Under the pieces are notes generated by a model, which saw only the letters and a list, made by a program, of their open reading frames with translations, was not told where the DNA came from and did not search any database. 20,000 nucleotides of DNA from an uncultured virus (IMG/VR IMGVR_UViG_3300046794_000135) (lineage: Duplodnaviria > Heunggongvirae > Uroviricota > Caudoviricetes), in the IMG/VR virus record IMGVR_UViG_3300046794_000135; one strand, given 5' to 3'. The position numbers and the translations under genes are program-made. Shown here piece by piece: positions 15,068 to 20,000 of the stretch; the stretch's first letter is position 1, and each line of letters starts with the position of its first letter.

Positions 15068-15180
15068 TCTACACAGACGTTACTCGTGTCCCTTCCCAGT
15101 GGGGTTCTCTGGCTTCGCAAGCTCGCAGCGTCACCGCGACATCACACCCCCAAAAGATCATCAAAACATAGGAGCCTATG

Positions 15181-16269
15181 ATGGCTGCAACTACCTATGG
15201 TGTAAACGATGCGCTCGCGGTGAAGCTGTGGAGCAAGAAGCTTGCTGTTGAAGTAAGCAAAGCCACGGCAATCGCCCCGCTCATCGGCACCTCTTCCAAC
15301 TCTATCATCCAGCTCAAGGACGAGACTCAGAAGGGCAGCGGTGACAAGGTCACTTTCGGCCTTCGCACGCAGCTTGTCGGTGACGGTGTTACCGAAAACC
15401 AGATCCTTGAAGGCAACGAAGAAGCGCTGTCCACCTACTCGGATGCGATCCTCATCAACGAACTCGCTCATGCCGTTCGTGTGAAGAACGACCAGACGAT
15501 CGACGCCCAGCGCATCCCGTTCTCGCTTCGTGACGAAGCCAACGCGGGCCTGACCGACTGGTATGCAGACCGTATGTCTCTCGCTGCGTTCATGCAGTGG
15601 GGCGGCTACACTGCTCCTACGATGTCGTTCGAAGGCCGTACGCTGACCATCAAGCCGGTGCATTACCTCTTCAATGCCCCGACTGCCCCGACCCGCGTCG
15701 TTCGCCCGAACGCCCGCGCCAACGACCAGTCGCTTATCTCAACCGATCTGTTCACCCTGAACTTGATCGATGCGGCTGTTGAACAGGCCAAGCTTGCCAA
15801 CCCTCGTATTCGCCCCGTGCGCATCGACGGTGAAAACAAGTATGTCATGTATCTGCACCCAACGCAGGTCACCGACATTCGCACTTCAACAGCTGCCGGC
15901 CAGTGGCTCGACATCACGAAGGCCGTCTACCAGGGCTCCAAGCAGAACAACCCGATCTATGATGGGTCGCTCGGCGAATACAACGGGGTCATCCTGCGTG
16001 AAGCTGAACACGTCGTTCCCGGCGTCAATGCTTCGACCGGTGCACAGATCACCACGGTTCGCCGTGCTGTCCTGCTCGGTGCGCAGTCCGCCGTTGCGGC
16101 CTTCGGCATGAAGGCTGCTCCCGACAAGTACAAAATGGTTGAAGAACTCTTCGACTATCAACGCGAACTCGGCGTTTCCGTCCAGACCGTCCTTGGCATG
16201 AAGAAGACCGTTTTCAACGGCAACGACTTCGGCGCCATCGTGGTTGCGACCTACGCTGCACCGCACTAA
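15181..16269 (+). CDS. Major capsid protein (N4-gp56/DUF4043 family)
   Basis: AVKLWSKKL, KGSGDKVTFGL...L.G.GV.....LEGNEE.L..YSD.I.INEL.HAV, G.LGEYNGVILRE, EELFDY; SD AGGAG. Confidence 0.93.
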   Translation: MAATTYGVNDALAVKLWSKKLAVEVSKATAIAPLIGTSSNSIIQLKDETQKGSGDKVTFGLRTQLVGDGVTENQILEGNEEALSTYSDAILINELAHAVRVKNDQTIDAQRIPFSLRDEANAGLTDWYADRMSLAAFMQWGGYTAPTMSFEGRTLTIKPVHYLFNAPTAPTRVVRPNARANDQSLISTDLFTLNLIDAAVEQAKLANPRIRPVRIDGENKYVMYLHPTQVTDIRTSTAAGQWLDITKAVYQGSKQNNPIYDGSLGEYNGVILREAEHVVPGVNASTGAQITTVRRAVLLGAQSAVAAFGMKAAPDKYKMVEELFDYQRELGVSVQTVLGMKKTVFNGNDFGAIVVATYAAPH

Positions 16270-16283
16270 CGGAGATCTGAAAA

Positions 16284-16694
16284 ATGGCTACTAACACGAC
16301 TCAGATCAATCCCCCGGCCCGCCACATCTCGCAGCAGCAGATTTGCTATCTGCGTCTGGCGGTTACGTTTGCTGACGCTGGTCTTACGAAGACTGTCGGC
16401 AGCATTCCGGCTGGTGCCGTCATCCTCAAGCCACTCTCGGGTGCGTTTGTCGATACCGTCTTCAACGCCGGTACGACCAACACGTTCGACATCGGCACGG
16501 CAGCGTCTGGCGCGGTTTACTCGTCTGCGGGCTCCCTGACGGCAACGGCATTCGTTCCCGTCAATGCCACCACAGGCGTTTTCAAAGTCACCGCTGACAC
16601 CGTGGTTACTGTCACGGTCACTCTGTCCGGCACGACGGCGACGACCGGCTCGGCAACCGTTGTCATCGCCTACGTCGAGAACAACGACAACTGA
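16284..16694 (+). CDS. Putative capsid decoration/cement protein
   Basis: Thr/Gly/Val-rich beta-type protein (VGSIPAGAVI...V.TVFNAGT....DIG) directly after the capsid gene. Confidence 0.7.
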   Translation: MATNTTQINPPARHISQQQICYLRLAVTFADAGLTKTVGSIPAGAVILKPLSGAFVDTVFNAGTTNTFDIGTAASGAVYSSAGSLTATAFVPVNATTGVFKVTADTVVTVTVTLSGTTATTGSATVVIAYVENNDN

Positions 16695-16701
16695 TAACGG
16701 C

Positions 16702-16731
16702 AGGGGCGGGGAAACTCGCCCCTCTCTCTTT
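16702..16731 (+). terminator. Intrinsic terminator after the capsid/decoration genes
   Basis: AGGGGCGGG-GAAA-CTCGCCCCT with a GNRA loop, followed by CTCTCTTT. Confidence 0.7.
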
Positions 16732-16742
16732 GCGAGGCACCC

Positions 16743-16922
16743 ATGACCATCATCGAAAAGCTCGCCTCTCTCGGCTTCACCAACACGGAACTGATTGGCG
16801 AGGCACGCGGCAAGTCGACGGTGAAGATCCGCACCACCAAGGGATGGGTCTACGAAAAGTTCGCGACGATCGACGATGTTGCCCGCTGGGCTGTTTTCCA
16901 TGAGCCAGAGGACGCCGCGTAA
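16743..16922 (+). CDS. Small hypothetical protein (59 aa, absent from the ORF track)
   Basis: Manual translation MTIIEKLASLGFTNTELIGEARGKSTVKIRTTKGWVYEKFATIDDVARWAVFHEPEDAA; SD GAGG; TAATG coupling to the next gene. Confidence 0.75.
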   Translation: MTIIEKLASLGFTNTELIGEARGKSTVKIRTTKGWVYEKFATIDDVARWAVFHEPEDAA

Positions 16923-17629
16923 TGCCCATTACAGTCAACACAAACGGCCCTATCAATAGCTCGTCCTCCACGATCTTCACGACAGACCCGACATTTTCGG
17001 ACCTGATGTTCGTGATTTTCGATGAAATTGACGACACGACGGAGGAATATTCCTCCCAGGTTCAAAACGCCATTCTCGGCGCTATCCGCTTTTGCGAGCG
17101 TGAACAGTACTATTTCAACGAAACCCGCGACGTCACGTTTGACACCGTCGCTGGTCAGCAATGGTACGATGGCACAGCTAATTCAAATATCCCGACCCTT
17201 GGCCGCATCGTAGAGGCTTATCTGGAGCTTCCGAGTGGCGAGCGTCGGACCATGCGTCGTGTGACGCCGGAAGAGGTTGAGCTTCTGTCTGATAATTCCG
17301 CCTCACGTGGTGAGCCCTATTGCTGGACCTATTTCGGGCAGCGGCTGCGCATCTATCCGATCCCAAGCGATACCGTTTACACGATCCGCCTCCAGCTTGG
17401 CCCTTATCGGCTGGCGAAGATATCAGACACATCGGATAGCAATGCCTGGGTCGTGGAAGCATTCGACATGATCAAGGCGCGGGCAAAGTACATTCTGCAG
17501 AAGGACATTCTGAAGGATGCCGCCTTAGCGACGGAAGCGCTGAACGACTACAATGACCAGCATGATGCGCTGAAAGCTGAAACCTCGCGCCGCAATAGCA
17601 GCGGCTTCATCCGCGTGACTTGTTTCTGA
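16922..17629 (+). CDS. Head-tail adaptor protein
   Basis: AI..AI...E...YFNE, G.P..W......LRIYPIP...Y.I motifs typical of podovirus adaptors; position. Confidence 0.75.
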   Translation: MPITVNTNGPINSSSSTIFTTDPTFSDLMFVIFDEIDDTTEEYSSQVQNAILGAIRFCEREQYYFNETRDVTFDTVAGQQWYDGTANSNIPTLGRIVEAYLELPSGERRTMRRVTPEEVELLSDNSASRGEPYCWTYFGQRLRIYPIPSDTVYTIRLQLGPYRLAKISDTSDSNAWVVEAFDMIKARAKYILQKDILKDAALATEALNDYNDQHDALKAETSRRNSSGFIRVTCF

Positions 17630-19089
17630 TGGCTCTCATCCCGCCGGCTGAATTTCGCCCCGATATCAGTGACCTGAACAGCTCCTACACGTCTGATCTT
17701 CTGAACGTGCTGTGTGCTGAAGGCTCCTACATCCCAGCCCCAGACTATGCCCCCATTACCAGTGCCTTGCCGGATGAGCCGCTTGGCGAGCTATGCGTGA
17801 AGGCAATTGACGGGTCCACGATGATTTTTGCGGGGACGGCAACAAAGCTGTACCTGCTCAACAATACGACACTGACCTTCGATGATGTTTCGCAGCCTTC
17901 CGTTACCTATGGAGCAACACCGGGCAATCTGTGGAGTTTGAGGGCCTTCGGAAACTTCGTTATCGCGGTCAACCAGAATGATGACCCGCAGGTTTACGAG
18001 ATTGGCGCCGATGTGGCATTCCGTGACCTTGGCGGCAGTCCTCCACGGGCTGGTATTGTCCGCATCTGGGGTGATTTTGTCGTGTTGATGAACATGACCA
18101 GCAACAGCAACCGGGTTCAATGGTCTGGCCTGAACGATGCCGAGTTCTGGACGCCGGGAAGCCAGAACAGCGACTATCAGGAGTTTCCTGACGGCGGGAT
18201 AGTCCAGGGGTCATCCGAGGCGACAAACCCGATCATCTTCCAGCAGTTTTCAATCATACGAGGAACGTTCGTTCCCGGCTCTATCGAGGTGTTTTCCTTC
18301 CAGAAAATCCACGAGAAGCGCGGTGCGCAATCGCCTTACTCAATTGCAACGCGCGGCGAATACGCCTTCTACAGCGATGAGGGCGGATTTTTCCAGATCG
18401 CTCCGGATGGTTCCCTGACACCGATCGGCTTTGAGAAGGTGGACCGAACCATCTTTTCCAAGGTCATGGCGTCGAACTCCGCTAAAATCCTCGGTGCTGT
18501 CGACCCCTTCTTCTCGCGGGTCTACTGGATTGTTGACTACGATGGCACCGGCACGAACAGCAAGATGTTCGTCTATGACTGGAACCTGACGCAGTGGACG
18601 ACCATCAATGTCGCGGTAAAGCGTATTTTCCCGTTCTCGACAGCCGGTTATACCCTTGAGTCGCTTGATACCATCTCGGCCACGCTGGAAGGCTTGCCAT
18701 TCTCCCTCGACAGCAAGGCATTGCAAGGCGGGGCTCCGATCCTTGGAGCCTTCGACATGGAAAACAGGATTGGGGCCTTTGTGGGCGAAAATCTTGAGGC
18801 AGTCATCACCACGCAGGAGTTTGGCGATACGGCAGGGGGCGTCACGCGCACGACGCGATGCTATCCGGTCGTCGAGTCTGACGAGGTTTTCGTGTCGATC
18901 GGCCATCGCTTCCGCCGAAATGAAAACACCATCTGGATGAACGAACAGGTTCCATCTGCCAACACCGGTCAGGTCAGGAAACGGTCTCGATCACGCTTCC
19001 ATCGCTTCAAGATCCGCATCCCGGCTGGCGTTGTCTGGCAGCATATGCAGGGCGTTGATGTGGATTTCGCACCGGCAGGTTTTCGATGA
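17629..19089 (+). CDS. Head-closure/tail nozzle protein (P22 gp10-like, beta-propeller type)
   Basis: About 486 aa, beta-rich, RVQWSGLND...W.....SDYQEFPDGG; follows the adaptor. Confidence 0.75.
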   Translation: MALIPPAEFRPDISDLNSSYTSDLLNVLCAEGSYIPAPDYAPITSALPDEPLGELCVKAIDGSTMIFAGTATKLYLLNNTTLTFDDVSQPSVTYGATPGNLWSLRAFGNFVIAVNQNDDPQVYEIGADVAFRDLGGSPPRAGIVRIWGDFVVLMNMTSNSNRVQWSGLNDAEFWTPGSQNSDYQEFPDGGIVQGSSEATNPIIFQQFSIIRGTFVPGSIEVFSFQKIHEKRGAQSPYSIATRGEYAFYSDEGGFFQIAPDGSLTPIGFEKVDRTIFSKVMASNSAKILGAVDPFFSRVYWIVDYDGTGTNSKMFVYDWNLTQWTTINVAVKRIFPFSTAGYTLESLDTISATLEGLPFSLDSKALQGGAPILGAFDMENRIGAFVGENLEAVITTQEFGDTAGGVTRTTRCYPVVESDEVFVSIGHRFRRNENTIWMNEQVPSANTGQVRKRSRSRFHRFKIRIPAGVVWQHMQGVDVDFAPAGFR

Positions 19090-19517
19090 CGCTGAGTATC
19101 CACCTCACTCTCGACTGGCCGTATTCGCAGATTGCCCAATACGGGCGGGAAATCACCGGTGCGATGAAATCACTGGCCGACCGCTTCCCTGACGAAATCA
19201 CCGTCAAAGATTTAGCCAAGGACATCATCACCGGGAAAAACCAGCTTTGGCTGATCCTCGATGGTGAGGAGTTTGTGGCCTTCGTCACCAGCGAAATCAA
19301 AGTCTCGGAAGAGACCGGCAAGAAAACGGTCCTGCTCGGTGAACTGGCAGGGCGCGGCGGGGTCGATCTCGTTCCGATGATTGGACCGATTGAGGACTGG
19401 GCTCGCAGCATCGGGGCAACGTCCCTGACGCCGATCGGGCGCGAAGGGTGGCGCAAGCCATTGGCCAAGGCCGGTTACAAGGTGGACATCGTGAGATATC
19501 GCAAGGATCTGGCCTAA
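19086..19517 (+). CDS. Hypothetical protein with GNAT-like fold in the virion module
   Basis: QLWL...FVTSEI......LAGRG......IEDWARSIGA......GREGW.K.L...GY pattern. Confidence 0.7.
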   Translation: MTLSIHLTLDWPYSQIAQYGREITGAMKSLADRFPDEITVKDLAKDIITGKNQLWLILDGEEFVAFVTSEIKVSEETGKKTVLLGELAGRGGVDLVPMIGPIEDWARSIGATSLTPIGREGWRKPLAKAGYKVDIVRYRKDLA

Positions 19518-20000
19518 TGGGTAAAACCACTCAAAGCACGCAAAAAACCGAGAACTCTCCTCCCGCATGGGCAACGCCGCTCTTCAAGCAGTCCGCTCAC
19601 GAAGCGAGTAAGATCTATAATTCAGGTGCGGGTGGCAACGTCTACAACGGCCAGACGGTCGCGGGTCTCGGCGGCACGACGACCCAAGGCATCAACGGCA
19701 TCAAGAGCACCGTCGCGGGCCTGCCTGACAGCACCAGTGCGCAGAACAATCTCTCTGACTACGCTTCGGGCAAGTTCCTGGCAGAGGGCAATCCTTACTA
19801 CAAGGAGCGCCTGAACAACGAGATCGCAGACAGCAATGCTCTGGTTCAGAGCCAGTTTTCGGGTTCCGGCAGATACGGTTCCGGTGCCAATACGGGCGTG
19901 CTGGCGAAGAACACCAGCAACATGCTGCTTCAGGGGCTGGAGAGCGATTACAACCGCCAGCAGGCCAACCAGCTCGCGGCCACACAGCAGATCGATGCTG
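19517..20000 (+). CDS. Putative internal virion/DNA ejection protein (runs off the right edge)
   Basis: Manual translation MGKTTQSTQKTENSPPAWATPLFKQ...YNGQTVAGL...NPYY...SQFSGSGRYGSGA; open to the window end; Gly/Gln/Ser-rich. Confidence 0.7.
   Translation, partial: MGKTTQSTQKTENSPPAWATPLFKQSAHEASKIYNSGAGGNVYNGQTVAGLGGTTTQGINGIKSTVAGLPDSTSAQNNLSDYASGKFLAEGNPYYKERLNNEIADSNALVQSQFSGSGRYGSGANTGVLAKNTSNMLLQGLESDYNRQQANQLAATQQIDA

Larger units (their letters stand above)
1..20000. mobile_element. Temperate phage/prophage segment (lambdoid early region plus P22-like podovirus head module), extending beyond both window edges
   Basis: Contiguous cI/cro switch, early genes, terminase, portal, scaffold, capsid and head-completion genes; no host housekeeping genes or att site seen. 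Confidence 0.95.

Overview
The whole window is a temperate (pro)phage segment with lambdoid organisation and a podovirus-type virion module, most likely from an alphaproteobacterial (Rhizobiaceae-like) host, judged from the GapR/DUF2312 homologue and the gene types. From left to right it holds: a leftward early operon ending in a probable ERF-type recombinase (truncated); a divergent HTH gene followed by an iteron-like/AT-rich block; a cI/cro switch with five 15-bp palindromic operators; a rightward early operon (DUF551-like genes, GapR, DUF4942-type adenine methyltransferase, DUF1064 nuclease, replication-type genes, DnaA-C-like protein, putative late regulator); then terminase small and large subunits, portal, scaffold, N4-gp56/DUF4043-type major capsid, decoration, head-tail adaptor and closure proteins, and a truncated internal virion protein. 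The most unusual signals are (i) an apparently split replication initiator whose HTH half sits in the immunity region beside a candidate origin, and (ii) several densely structured non-coding blocks: a seven-hairpin array with CCUCC loops, a terminator/antiterminator switch, a three-way junction with kissing loops, and a repeated pseudoknot-like motif. All family assignments come from motif recognition by eye; no database search or folding program was run.
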